NCBI GenBank assembly: GCA_964019335.1
Contig: OZ025726.1
Span: 124,001 to 188,000, forward strand
Direction of reading: 5' to 3'
DNA from: Diplonema japonicum
Lineage: Eukaryota; Protista; Euglenozoa: Diplonemea
DNA: 64,000 bases
The position numbers and the translations under genes are program-made. Shown here in pieces: positions 24,498-35,658 of this stretch. How positions within the stretch are numbered: the first letter of the stretch is position 1; each line of letters begins with the position of its first letter. A model generated the notes under the pieces. It did no database searches. It saw only the letters and a program-made list of their open reading frames with translations, and was not told where the DNA came from.

Positions 24498-25289
24498 TTT
24501 TTTTTTTGTTGTTTCTGTTTTTAAAAAGATACGGAAAAAATAATGAGTATCAGTTGTATTTAAAAAAAAAAAAAAAAAATGGCACAAGAATGAGAAAGAA
24601 AACAAAAAAAAATCACGAACAGAGTAATTTAAAAATTTTTTTTTCTTTTCCCCCTTTTTTCTTTTTTCCGCTATGATGAGAAATGGTTAGCAAAAAAGAA
24701 AAAAAAGAAAAGAAAAAAGAAAGAAGAAAAAAAAGAGGAAAAAAAAAAAAAAAAAAAAGGAAAATGGTAAAATTCCATGGTTTCTCCTTTTTTTTTCTTT
24801 TCCCGTTCTTTTTCTCCTTTCTTGATTGAAAGTAATTACGTATCTTCAAGTGATCAAAAAGAAAATCCTCCAGTTTTTACAGCCCCACCCTGTTTGCACG
24901 AAAATCCTTCCCTTCTTTTTACGTTTTTTATATCCCTTTTGCAGTACATCCTGAATAAAACAAATGCCATAGACTTCAGTTCCATCAGCCCAAGGGAGGG
25001 GATAACACACCTCAGACCAAGTACACCGCATCCAATCGGGAAAAAAAAAAAAAAAAAAAAAAAGAAATGTACCACCACTAGAACAAAAAAAAATAAAAGA
25101 AAGAAAGAAATCAAAACAAGTTTTTTTTTTTTTTTTTTTTTTGCTCACAAAAAAAAAAAAAAAAAAAAAAAAAAACATTCACACAAGAATTTGCCAGCAG
25201 GCTCTTTTTTTTTTTTTTTTTTTTTTTTTCCTTTCATATTTTTCACTCTTCTGAAAAAAAAATTCCCGCACAAAAAAAAAGGGGACTCA

Positions 25290-25328
<39 letters not shown>

Positions 25329-25873
25329 TTAATTCTGAGCTCTCTCAAAGAATTTAGGCCGGAAGATATAAATCAGGTTTCACGTGGGCGTGAAATAAAG
25401 TATCTGATTTTTTTCCTCATGTTTTTAAGCCAAAACGTTGCTGATTTTGCTGGGCGTGAAAATCAGGTACTTTATTTCACGCCCACAGTCATTTCTAGCA
25501 AAATGGGAAGAAAACCGAAGGCGACCGGGAAGCGAGCCAAGGGCATCAGCCTCGAGAAAGAGGCCAAAGCTGTGATGGAAGACACGCTTCCAACGGCAAG
25601 CAAAATAGCCTACAAGAAGGAGTGGGAGAGGTTTTGCACCTACCACTCGATCAAACCCACGCCCCTTCAGCCCTGCCCCCTTCGACACAGCCCACTTCTT
25701 CAGCAGTGCACAGAATCACGTTTGACATAAACGTCAACATCAATTCGCCGAATTGATCATACCAAACCCAGTACCGTGTTCAGTAAAGACTCGCGCATTG
25801 CGCCGCTACAAGCAAGCAGCAGCGAAGCCACACTTAGCACCTAAATTTCTTTTCGAGAGCAGCTCATCATTAA
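25329..25873 (+). mobile_element. Non-autonomous Crypton-like element, copy 2 (both ends present)
   Basis: TTAA at both termini, imperfect ~34-bp terminal inverted repeats, internal 28-bp inverted repeat (25384-25411 and 25459-25486), ORF 25503-25730 with LPTASKIAYKKEWERF. Confidence 0.72.
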
Positions 25874-25961
25874 ATAAAATGCAGTATTGAATAAAATCAG
25901 GCTATCTGATTTTCATTTAATAAATAGCTATTTTTTTTTTCTTCCCCCCCACCTACAATTT

Positions 25962-26783
25962 TCAAATCGCTCTGGCAGCAAGGACGGAATCAGTGTACTC
26001 GTAAGCACCAAAGAAGATCAGACCCCCAACACCGATAATTTTTACACGCGGAAGAAGCCCGGAGAGCAGGGCACGGAAACCTTCATCTTTGTTGATACGA
26101 AGGAGAGTAGACACCACTCTATGGTCATAGGCAACCCCGTTCTTATCCTTCCCGAGCATGATCCGCGTCTTTGCGACATCAAGAGGCGTTGTAACGGCGG
26201 CAGCAAGGGCACCAGCGGTCGACCCGCACAACGACGCTACAATGTTGGATTTGTTGCCCTCAGAATCGTATGCAAACCTTGTTTTAAGCGCTTCCCACAA
26301 CGGGAACTGGATCAACGCAAAAGGAATCTCCCTTGCAACTGTTATGGGATACCCAGTGTACAATCCTCTAGGGCCTTCCTTTTTAAGTACATCAACCATG
26401 GCGGTACCCATACTTTTGTACAGCCCTGCTTGCAGCCTTTGTTTGATGGTTTCGGTGGGTACTCGGACAACGCAAGCAGCAATTTCACCCATGCAGGCAG
26501 CGCCCATGTGGTTCAGGGCTGCTCGGTCTGCTGGGAGGTAATGCTTGCCGGTTTCATATGTTGAGAAGAAAAGTGCTGCGCCTGGTGCACTTCCAATCAA
26601 GACGGGGCCCAAGCCTCTGTACACACCCTTGAAACCCCCGGACCCCTTGAATCCCTGTGGGCTTTGAATCCGTGTCTTGACTGTGTCCAATGGGAACAGA
26701 ATAACGTCAACGGCAGTCCCTGCCACTGCCCCTGCTACAAGACTCCTCCAGAAACTGAACTCGCTCGGCTGTGATGATGACAT
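25962..26783 (-). CDS. Mitochondrial carrier, S-adenosylmethionine transporter type (SLC25A26/Sam5-like)
   Basis: Three PxD/ExxKxR signatures (PLDTVKTR, PTETIKQR, PLDVAKTR), GSAPGAALFF, REIPFALIQFPLWE. Confidence 0.92.
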   Translation of the reverse strand: MSSSQPSEFSFWRSLVAGAVAGTAVDVILFPLDTVKTRIQSPQGFKGSGGFKGVYRGLGPVLIGSAPGAALFFSTYETGKHYLPADRAALNHMGAACMGEIAACVVRVPTETIKQRLQAGLYKSMGTAMVDVLKKEGPRGLYTGYPITVAREIPFALIQFPLWEALKTRFAYDSEGNKSNIVASLCGSTAGALAAAVTTPLDVAKTRIMLGKDKNGVAYDHRVVSTLLRINKDEGFRALLSGLLPRVKIIGVGGLIFFGAYEYTDSVLAARAI

Positions 26784-27426
26784 TTTTTTTTTTTTTTTTT
26801 TTTTTTCTGAAAAAAATTTTTTTTTGGTAAAAACAAAAAAAAAAAGGAGGGGGAACAGAGAGGGAGCTATAAAAAAAAAAAAAAAAAAAAAAATATTGAA
26901 AGGGGGGTGTGGGGAAAGGGGAAAAAGATAAAATGATCAGAAAAATAATAAAAAAAAATAAAATAAAATAAAAAACCGGTTATTATAAGGGAATTGTTTT
27001 CTTTTTTTTTTTCTTATTACTTCAAATTCGCCTTTTGTGATGTTCCTTAATGACCCCTTTTTCACGTGGGTGATGTCTGGATTTCTTTTTTTTTTTTTTT
27101 TTTTTTCCTTCTCATCTGCGCCTGAGTACAAAAATGAGAGAGAAGAAAGTAAAAAAAAAAAAAAAGAAAAGAAAATTCAAAAAAAAAAGGGGGAGAACAG
27201 ACAAGAAGAAAACACTGCAAAAATAAAAAAAATAAAAAACTATTGAAGAAATGTGTGTGTATGGAAATTTCCCCCCCCCCCTCTCCCCCTTATGATCCCC
27301 CCCCCCCCCTTTTTTTCCCCGCCTCTTCAAAAAAAAGTTTCAATTAAACTTTTTTTTTTTTCCATTTTTTTTTGATAATTCCCTTATTATTATTATTATT
27401 TTTTTTTTTTTCCACTGCTTCCCTGT

Positions 27427-28258
27427 TTACTTCTTGCCACCCTTCTTACCCTTCTTACCGCCCTGTGCGGCGGCAGGGGGAGGAGTCTGCTTCTTCTCCT
27501 GTTTTTTGGCAGCGGGGGCGGGGGCGGCCTTCTTGGGCTCGGCTGTAATGTAATTTTTTTTTTTTTTTTTTAAACTCATCATACTCTTAGCCTTCTTAGC
27601 AGGAGGGGCAGCAGCGACGGCGGCCTGACGTTTCTTGGCAGGGGGCGCCTGAACAACGGGCTCCTCATCCTCATCATCCTCCTCGAAGTCCTCTTCGAAC
27701 TCCTCGAATTCCTCGAATTCCTCCAATGCCTCGAGCATGGAGGGGGTCATGCTCTCCTCGTCATCCTCTGCCATCTCAACGATTTTCTTCGATACGGGTT
27801 CGGCCTTCGGGGACTTCTTGGACACGGGAGCGGCTTCGGCCTTGGGAGACTTTTTGGTGGGAACAGGGACCTCCTCCTCCTCCTCCTCTTCATCCTCCTC
27901 CAGCATATCCATCTCGGGGTCAGCCATGAACTCCCAGTACCCGCTGACGTGCACGGCGTTCTTCCCCTCACCCTTCACCTTCAAGATGACAGATGAAGAG
28001 AAGTTGAGGTCCAGGGAAGCGTGGCCGAAATCTTTAAGAGTGCAGATCACGAAGTCGCTGGAAAGTGGTGGTGGTGGTAGTGGTGGGGGGAAAAACATAC
28101 TTTGAACCGGTGTTCACAACCAGCGAGACGGGCCCCTTCGAGGTGTGGTCCAAACTGGCGTGCGAGATGTGCAGCAGCAGACCCTCCTTCACGTCGATCT
28201 TCTTGCTCACATCCTTGGTCACCTTCTCACCGAAGAAACAGCCTTCCGGACGGTTCAT
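27427..28258 (-). CDS. Nucleoplasmin-like (NPL) domain protein with acidic tracts and basic tail, 3 exons
   Basis: FFGxxV...LHISHASL...ICTL...LDLNF...VHVSGY; introns 28058-28100 and 27543-27584 give 249 codons. Confidence 0.85.
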
Positions 28259-28608
28259 TTTTTTTTTCTTTTTTTTTTTTTTTTTCTCTGGGAAACTGAT
28301 GCATTTTTTTTTTCTTTTTTGAGTACGCATGAGAAAAAAAAAAATACAGAGAAAACACTAACCCGCAACACTTTTTTTTTTTTCCCTCCCCCTTTCTCTC
28401 CATTTTTTTTTTTCCCCAATAAATAATAAGTAATTAAATTTTTGTTTGTGCACAGCCGGGTTATGGTGCACACACTTAAACGGTAATTCTGCACACAAAG
28501 TGTCGGTGTCGGACCACTTTTCTACTTAGAAATTTAACGGGGTTCTGCCGCCGCAGTGGAGGGTCATTTGTTGACATTTTTTCTTTCCGGACGAGCTCAT
28601 ATTGTTCA

Positions 28609-28655
<47 letters not shown>

Positions 28656-28738
28656 AGAAAGAAACACTGCTTCCTTTTTTTTCTTCTTCTCTTTTTCTGT
28701 TCTCGTCTTTGACAAGGGGGAGTTTGAGATGCATTTTT

Positions 28739-30832
28739 TTAGAATTCCATGACCTGTTCCCCAACCTCTGCCTGTGGTTCGGGCTCCGGTTCAGGGACAG
28801 GCACAGGGGGTAGGATAGGGTCAACCGGCATTTGTGGGACATAAGTAGAGTGGACAGGGACTGGAGGGGGACCCTGGGGAAGAGGAGGAGGATGCTGCAA
28901 GGCCATGTCAGGCATGTGCATGGGTGGCTGAGGTGCGTATGAGGGAGGTACTTGAGGAGGGGGACCCGGGGGGGGCATGGCTGGCATTGCTGGTGCCTGT
29001 AGCGGGAAAAAAATGTTTATATTCACCTATTCCGTAAAAAAAAAAAAAAAAAAAAAAACAGCATACCCCTGCGTCCTGCATGCTCGACAGGATAGGCGCG
29101 TTGCTCCGCTGAGTGGGCCCTCCTGTGTACGCTGCCCCGCTGTATGCAGGCTGCGCACTCCCAGGACCGGACCACTGCGGCCTGTCTTCCCTGTCGCCTC
29201 GCGAGTACGCTGGTCGTGATCGCATCTTTTTTTTTTTTCTTGTTGAAAAAGAAGCATTGGGTAATATACCTGTATGTCTGTCTCGCTTTCCTCCAAAGGG
29301 CGCTTCATCCCATAGGCAGCGGTACTGTTAGGCCCGTCGACCCTCTTGTACTTAGGTGGTGCCCAGGTATTCGTCGGCCCTGTCTTGTCCCCACCTTGCG
29401 TCCACACGTTCCATCGGCTGCCGTCATCGGTAGCGGTGGTGGAGTGGTCCGTGAATGTGGGCAACACCGCGCTCACTTCAATCCCCTTTACCTCCTCCGT
29501 CGCGCCTGGTTTGTTGTGCGTCCAGAATTTGCACTCCCACGACGCAGACGCCTGAATACATTATTTTATATATAAAAAAAAAAAAAAAAAAAAAGAAAAA
29601 AGAAAAAAACATACCAAAGCGTGCCCGAGAGGATGCCACGCCAGCTCGATAACAGGGTTCGGGTGGCGGAGCTCGCCGTGGCTTTTGTACACGGTGCTGA
29701 CCGGTTTGCACAGAGACCTTCCTTTGGATTCCTCCCTGCCCTGACCGACCACCCAGTACGACAGCTGTCCGTCGTTGCCCCCCGAGGCAAAGAGGTTCCT
29801 GTGCACAGGGTGCCAAGCGATACACATAACCTCTTTCTTATGCCCTGCAAATGTATGGAGCTCCTTGGCCATCCGGATATCGAAGAGTCTGATGAAGGTG
29901 TCCTTACTGGCAGCAAGGAGCATGTAGTCGTCGGGCGACCAACGTACGCGTGTGACGGGGTCTTTGAAACCGAGAAGACTGCTTATTCTTTCGGTGGTGC
30001 GGGGGTCCCATAGAATGACTTTTTTGTCTTGACTGCCCGAAGCAAAGAGATTGCTGGTGGGGTGCCAGTGGTTGGTGGTGACGTCACCGCCGTGGCCAAG
30101 CATTTCTTTTTCCAGCGTTGCTGTTTTTGTGTCGAAAATGCGAACGATCCCATCCTCGGAGCATCCTGCAAACTTCGCGGAGTTTGGTGACGTGGTCACC
30201 TCTCTCACTCTGGACCCGTTTGTCGTTGCTTCAAATGACTTCAAACAGTTCATGTTTCTTGCCCAATACTTGATCTGTCCCTTGTCGTCAGAGGAGATCA
30301 TGAAGTCCGCACCGTCAGACCATATCATACTTGTGACCCGTGCGTCTTCATGGCCCATTGATCGCATTTCAGATGCCAAGGATGTCCCGTGCCATAGGGT
30401 GAACTCGCCCTTGGAATTCCCTGTTACCAATCGACGGCCTTCTGGAGTCCAACAGAGGGAAGAGAACAACGGTCGTTTTTGCCGTTCGCCTCTGCTCGGG
30501 TTTGGGTCTATGCAGTATATTGTGTGCAGCCATTTTGGTGTCGCTGCTGATATGGGAAGGTCCTGCATGCTCGCTGCCGGCAGGACGTCCTTAGAATGAT
30601 ACGAGTGGGGCTGGATGAGGGACGGGTCGTTCTTCGTCTTGTGCATGCGCGTCATGTACTCCTTGATCAAAGAACTGTACGGATCCAAGGACTTCTGGCC
30701 GATACGTCTTTTTGGTTGATATTCGGCATAGTCGAACTGTCTTGAACGGTTGGGTCTCAACAACATTATTAACTTTTTTTTTTTCTTCTTTTTTTCGCGG
30801 AGCCCCCTGCTCTCCCAACCCCTCCTGAACAT
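28739..30832 (-). CDS. Polyadenylation factor WDR33/Pfs2-like WD40 protein with Pro-rich tail; at least 3 introns, start uncertain
   Basis: WTPEGRRLVTG..GEFTLW, GHGGDV...WHP, FASGGNDG, WHPLGH motifs typical of WDR33/Pfs2. Confidence 0.88.
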
Positions 30833-31186
30833 GTGTTGTTGTAGAAAGGAGTGGAGAAAAAAAAAAAAAGTACGGAGGGAAGAAGGGGGGAAATACGATA
30901 TTCTTTTGGGACACATCACACTCGCTGCGAGACGTAGATATAGGTATAAAAGGAAAGAGGGCGGCCCTCTTCCCCTCACGTATCTTATATCCACTCTCTT
31001 TTTTTTTCTCTTTTTTTCCCCCTCTTTTTTTCTTAATGCTGGAAATAAGAAAGAAGGGGGGGAAAAAAAAAAAAAAAAGGCACGGGAGAGGGAGAGGAAA
31101 AAAAAAGAAGAAGAAGAATAGTTTTTTTTTCGCGACACCAGTTTTTTTTCTGTCGATTCCTAGGCTCCACGTTTTAAAGGGAAAAA

Positions 31187-31224
31187 AAAGATGTCTTTGA
31201 AAGGAACCTGACAGGATCGCCTAA
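31187..31224. repeat. ~45-nt hairpin repeat, subfamily 2, loop-deleted copy
   Basis: aaagatgtctttgaaaggaacctgacaggatcgcctaa. Confidence 0.8.
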
Positions 31225-31340
31225 AAAAGAAAAGAAGAAAATAGAGAAGAAAAAAAAAGAAGAAAAGAAAAAAAAAGGAGCACAGGGATTCAACAGCAAA
31301 AATCAAGTGTTAGGAAGGGAAGCAAAAAAAAGAGAAGGAA

Positions 31341-31377
<37 letters not shown>

Positions 31378-31394
31378 AGAGAAGGGGGCAACTC

Positions 31395-32510
31395 TCACTG
31401 GGCAAGAGCGATACCCACACGGGCGTTGGTGACGTCGAACTCGAGGTAGTACTTCCTCATGAAGACGTCGCCGAAGATCCAGACGGGGCCCATCGGGGGG
31501 GGCACGTCAATCCCCATGAAGCCGCTGATGCAGGTGGTCTGGGTACCCTGGGTGATCTTCAGGATGTAATCATCCTGCTTGAGGGTGAACGTGCTACCCT
31601 GCATGGAGAGGGTAAGGTCAGGGAGGGAGTTCTCCTTGGGGCAGGTGGTGTATGTGCACTCACCGGTGATGCCCTCGTTGCAACCAAGCTGCGAGTTGAT
31701 CTGCTTTGCGACGCTCTTGGGGAATGCAAGCAAGCTGGTACCAGAGTCCATCACAGCATTCACGTTCTTCCCAACAGACTGGCCGTTGAAGGACACATCA
31801 TCGCCATTCAACTGCCAGTAGCCCTTCTTTGTGACAGGGACGTACACGAAGGGGGTGCTGTGGTGGGCAGGGTTTGTCCCGCCAATTGTGAGCTCACCAA
31901 CATGGCTGTCGTCGCTCGTCAGGTAGAACGCGAAGCTTCCCATCGAGATCTTGTTCTGCTGCAGAAGCGCGAAGAACGGAGGGGTCACACCGTCCACCGC
32001 GATGCTGGGCCACCCCAGCCCGCAGATACCGTCGAATTTTGCCACGTCCCATGTGATGCCAGGCATCCTTGTTGCCTCGGCGAAGTTCAAGGTCACGTTC
32101 ATCCCAGCAAGCCCCAGCACATCACGGTCGATAATCCCCTCAAGAGCACCGCTCCCGTACAGAATCGAGAATTTTGTCCCGTTTGCCACGTATGTCACCG
32201 ATTTGTCAGAGTAGTACCTGGCATCCCCGACCACCTTGGGCTCGGGTCCCGGAACCCACAGGTTGGAGCTCCCGGTGTCGAAAATCACCTTGAAGTGCTG
32301 GGGAGGGGTACCAAGGGTGAGCGGTCCGTAGTACTGCGCGTTCTCGAAGTCCGTGATGGGGACAGAGGGCACTGCTGCGCCGTACTTCCTGCTCAGCATC
32401 GCGTGGTCAGCAGACAGCGACTTCCTACCAGTCGTTTTCGCGAGAGGGATGGTCAGCGCAGAGACCGACACAGCCCCGAACATAACCATGGAAAGCATTT
32501 GCGACATCAT
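31395..32510 (-). CDS. Secreted pepsin-family (A1) aspartic protease, cathepsin D-like
   Basis: Signal peptide, FDTGSSNLWV and MDSGTS catalytic motifs, WIFGDVFMR. Confidence 0.95.
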   Translation of the reverse strand: MMSQMLSMVMFGAVSVSALTIPLAKTTGRKSLSADHAMLSRKYGAAVPSVPITDFENAQYYGPLTLGTPPQHFKVIFDTGSSNLWVPGPEPKVVGDARYYSDKSVTYVANGTKFSILYGSGALEGIIDRDVLGLAGMNVTLNFAEATRMPGITWDVAKFDGICGLGWPSIAVDGVTPPFFALLQQNKISMGSFAFYLTSDDSHVGELTIGGTNPAHHSTPFVYVPVTKKGYWQLNGDDVSFNGQSVGKNVNAVMDSGTSLLAFPKSVAKQINSQLGCNEGITGECTYTTCPKENSLPDLTLSMQGSTFTLKQDDYILKITQGTQTTCISGFMGIDVPPPMGPVWIFGDVFMRKYYLEFDVTNARVGIALAQ

Positions 32511-32639
32511 CTTGTGATATATGCCTGATGAGTTCGAATGAAAAAGTGTTCTATGCACACAAATAACAAAAAAAAAAAGTTATTTTTACCTTTTAGAAAG
32601 AAAAAAACACTCCAAAATCCTTCTCTCCCTCTGTCAACG

Positions 32640-35388
32640 TCAAGGCAGGTAGTCGTCTCTCTGGCTGGCAGCCGATTGGCGGAAACCGTTTTGAATGCAC
32701 ACCTCGGGGTCCTTACCGGTGCAGTAACGAGCTAGGAAACCACCGATGAAAGAGTAGTGGGAGAACGTAGGTTTGGTGAGATGCGACGTGGAGGGAAACG
32801 GGTGCATATAGACACCTTTAGGAGAGGCTAAGAGGATGCTGTTGTTGGAAAGGGTGATCAGAAGAAGACGTGACTTCCCTGGGAGAGACTGTATGGCCGC
32901 AGCAATGGCTTGGAGAGAGCTGTCGTCTGTAGGGGAGTAGTGGCGTGCGATGGCCTCTGACATGAACAGGACATCCACATCTTCGATGACAGTGGCCACT
33001 GTGTCCCCGAGAGTCCAGTCAGTCAGGTCCAAGCACACTACCTTCCCTTCCAACTCACGGCGATGCTGCCTTATGTTGTGCACGAACATACTATCGAAAA
33101 ATAGCACATCGTACCCCCCCACGCACTCTTCCAGTACTTCCAATGCGTCCCTTACTGTCATAACGTCGACTCCCCTCCCGGTGCTGTTCACGATCGTGTA
33201 CTCGCTTCCTTTGAACTCTTTTATGTTCACCTCAACGCCTTCGTCTTGTGCCTTTCTCCCTTCTTCGCTGTCGCGGCATGTTAGAAGCCCGCACCAAGCT
33301 GTTCGTTGTGTAGCTCGGTTGCACATCCTCATCACTCTGCTCACAGGTGTGTAGAAACGCTCTTCTGTCGGGTCGTGTAGCTTCCCCTTCAAGTCCTCCG
33401 AAGATACCACTTGCATGCCAGGCTGTTTGTTGTGGTAAAAAAATAAAAAAGTTTTATATCGAACACACCTCCATCCCATCCGCAGCTGTCTGGTAAGAAG
33501 CATGCTCGCAGATGTGTTCAACGCCCAGTAGCTTCCTCGAGGACGGGGATGCCATCTTCGGGACCTCCTTTCCCCAATGCCACACGAAGTCGTCGTTCCC
33601 TGCAGCTGCGGTGTCAGCAGACGTGATTGACAACGTGAAGCCGTCTTCTTCTGCAATGCGCTGGGTTGCCTTCTGCTCTGCCGGGCTGAGGGGGACGCTC
33701 AAGGTAACCTCCTCGGCAAGCTGGTCGGTCCCGCTTTTACTTGAACGTCTTGGAGGCGGGCTGGTCTCATGCTCGCCTTGTCCTCTTGTCAAGGTTCTGC
33801 TCCTTCCAGACTTTAGGGACTTGAAGAAGTCAGACAGGCTGCTTTTTCTGTCGAAGCTGCTCATTGAGCCCTTGCTGGACGCGGAGTAGTTCGACGAGTC
33901 AGAGACGCCCCCTTCGTCATCCTCAACTATTTTCCTCGGTTTTGAGCATTGGAAGGAAAAGGCCTGTCGTTTGGTATATTTATAAACACCCCCAGCACCC
34001 GGAGCAGGGCTGAACACTGCGGTGCCAGGTGTCAACGGTTCCCTCTCCTCAGGCACTGTCAGTGTGAAGTCGTTGTCGAAGACAGAGTCGAGCACCGTGA
34101 GCAGCTCAAGCAACGGGTACTCCCGCAGACCGATGGGACCTTCCTTGTCTGGCAACGGGAGGGACAGAACATTCACCTTGTTCGTCTTGATTTCCTTGGA
34201 CACCTCCGGTGCGATGTTCTGGTCCAGTACGACGTAAATGCACTGCCCCGCGGTGGCGAACGACTGCAGGTATTTGTTGAACTTCACACGTATCTTCTGC
34301 GCCTCGCCTTCGTCGAGGGCCTCCTTGGACGGGATCTCAGGGACAAGCACCACGTTGGGGTACTGTCGCATGTACTCGATCCCGGGGAACCATTTGGGTT
34401 TCACCAGGCACACATCCATGACGAGGGTCTCAGGTTGGATTGAAAGCTTTTCGACAGCCTCGAGCATGCCCAGCATGTGGGGCACGGAGGCGCGGGGGTA
34501 GAAAAGCCGCACATTGCGGTTCTGCAACCATGCGAAATTACTGGTGTAGTCGACCTGCTGCGTGGTAGAGCGCAGTGTGGACAACACCCCTATGTTGAGC
34601 CCACGTGCCTCCACGATAGGGTTGTTCTCGGGGCGGAGCCCGGGCGGGCCTTGCTTGAAGTAGATTTTGGGACTGTTCACATTGAAAGCGATGGTGTTGA
34701 AGCGAGGCTTTAACTTGCATTGCGCGAACGTGTGCAATGCGACGCTGGCCTGCTGCTTGCCAAGACGTTTTGGATGCATGGCACGTCGGCGGCGAAACAG
34801 AGTACTGTCGAGGAACTCATAAGCGGACTCATTCGCAACCCCCGCCTCAAGGGTGTACCGTGCCTTGAACATCGTGAGCGAGACGGTGCAGTAGTGTGCT
34901 ATCTTTTTAGAGAGTGTAGTGCAGGTGAGCATCAAAGGATGACAGTCGCCAAGGTATTCGAAAACGACTTCGCTGATGGGATCGAAGTGAGCAAAGATAT
35001 TCAGAAATGGAGATAAATCAGCCTGCTTGGGTTGCAGAGCACTTGCAGGTGGCGATGGTGACACTACCCTTATCTTGAAGGCACCCTCAGGGTCCACATC
35101 TGGTGTGGGAGTGGGCGGCATGCTCTGCGCCTCACTCCCATAAGTACTCTCCAAGGAAGATGTAGATGCGGCCCTTTCCACTGCGTTCCTGCTTACACCG
35201 ATTGTAGGGCTCAGCAGAATTTGTGGAAGCGTATCCTTCTTCTTGACCTCACCCCCACCCCCTGCCCCCGCTGTCAACAGGCTGCATTGCAACCTTACCA
35301 CTTGTCTCTTCAGCTCAACGATCTCCTGATCCCTCTTCTCCAGTTCTCCCAGAAGGAACTCCTCCACATTTCTTCCCGCACCCTGCAT
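32640..35388 (-). CDS. Hypothetical protein with degenerate PfkB/ribokinase-like C-terminal region, 2 exons
   Basis: Intron 33423-33468 joins the 644-aa and 338-aa ORFs; VDVLFMSE, LITL and SFIGGFLA resemble the PfkB fold but the DTxGAGD motif is absent. Confidence 0.7.
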
Positions 35389-35587
35389 TTATTCTTCTTT
35401 TTTTTTTTTTTTGCGCCCCTCCCCTCGGGTCCTGCACATGTGAAGTTATATTCAGAAAATCAGGGGGGGGGGGGGGGGGGAGAAACAGTACAGAGAATGA
35501 CAGGGGGGTCAGGGGAATATTCTAAAGAAAAAAGCTCTATAACATTGAATGGGATATCAAGCTTTACATGGTAAAGGGAGGAACTGG

Positions 35588-35621
<34 letters not shown>

Positions 35622-35658
35622 AAACACGAAGGTGGACATCGACTATGCCTTGTTTTAC

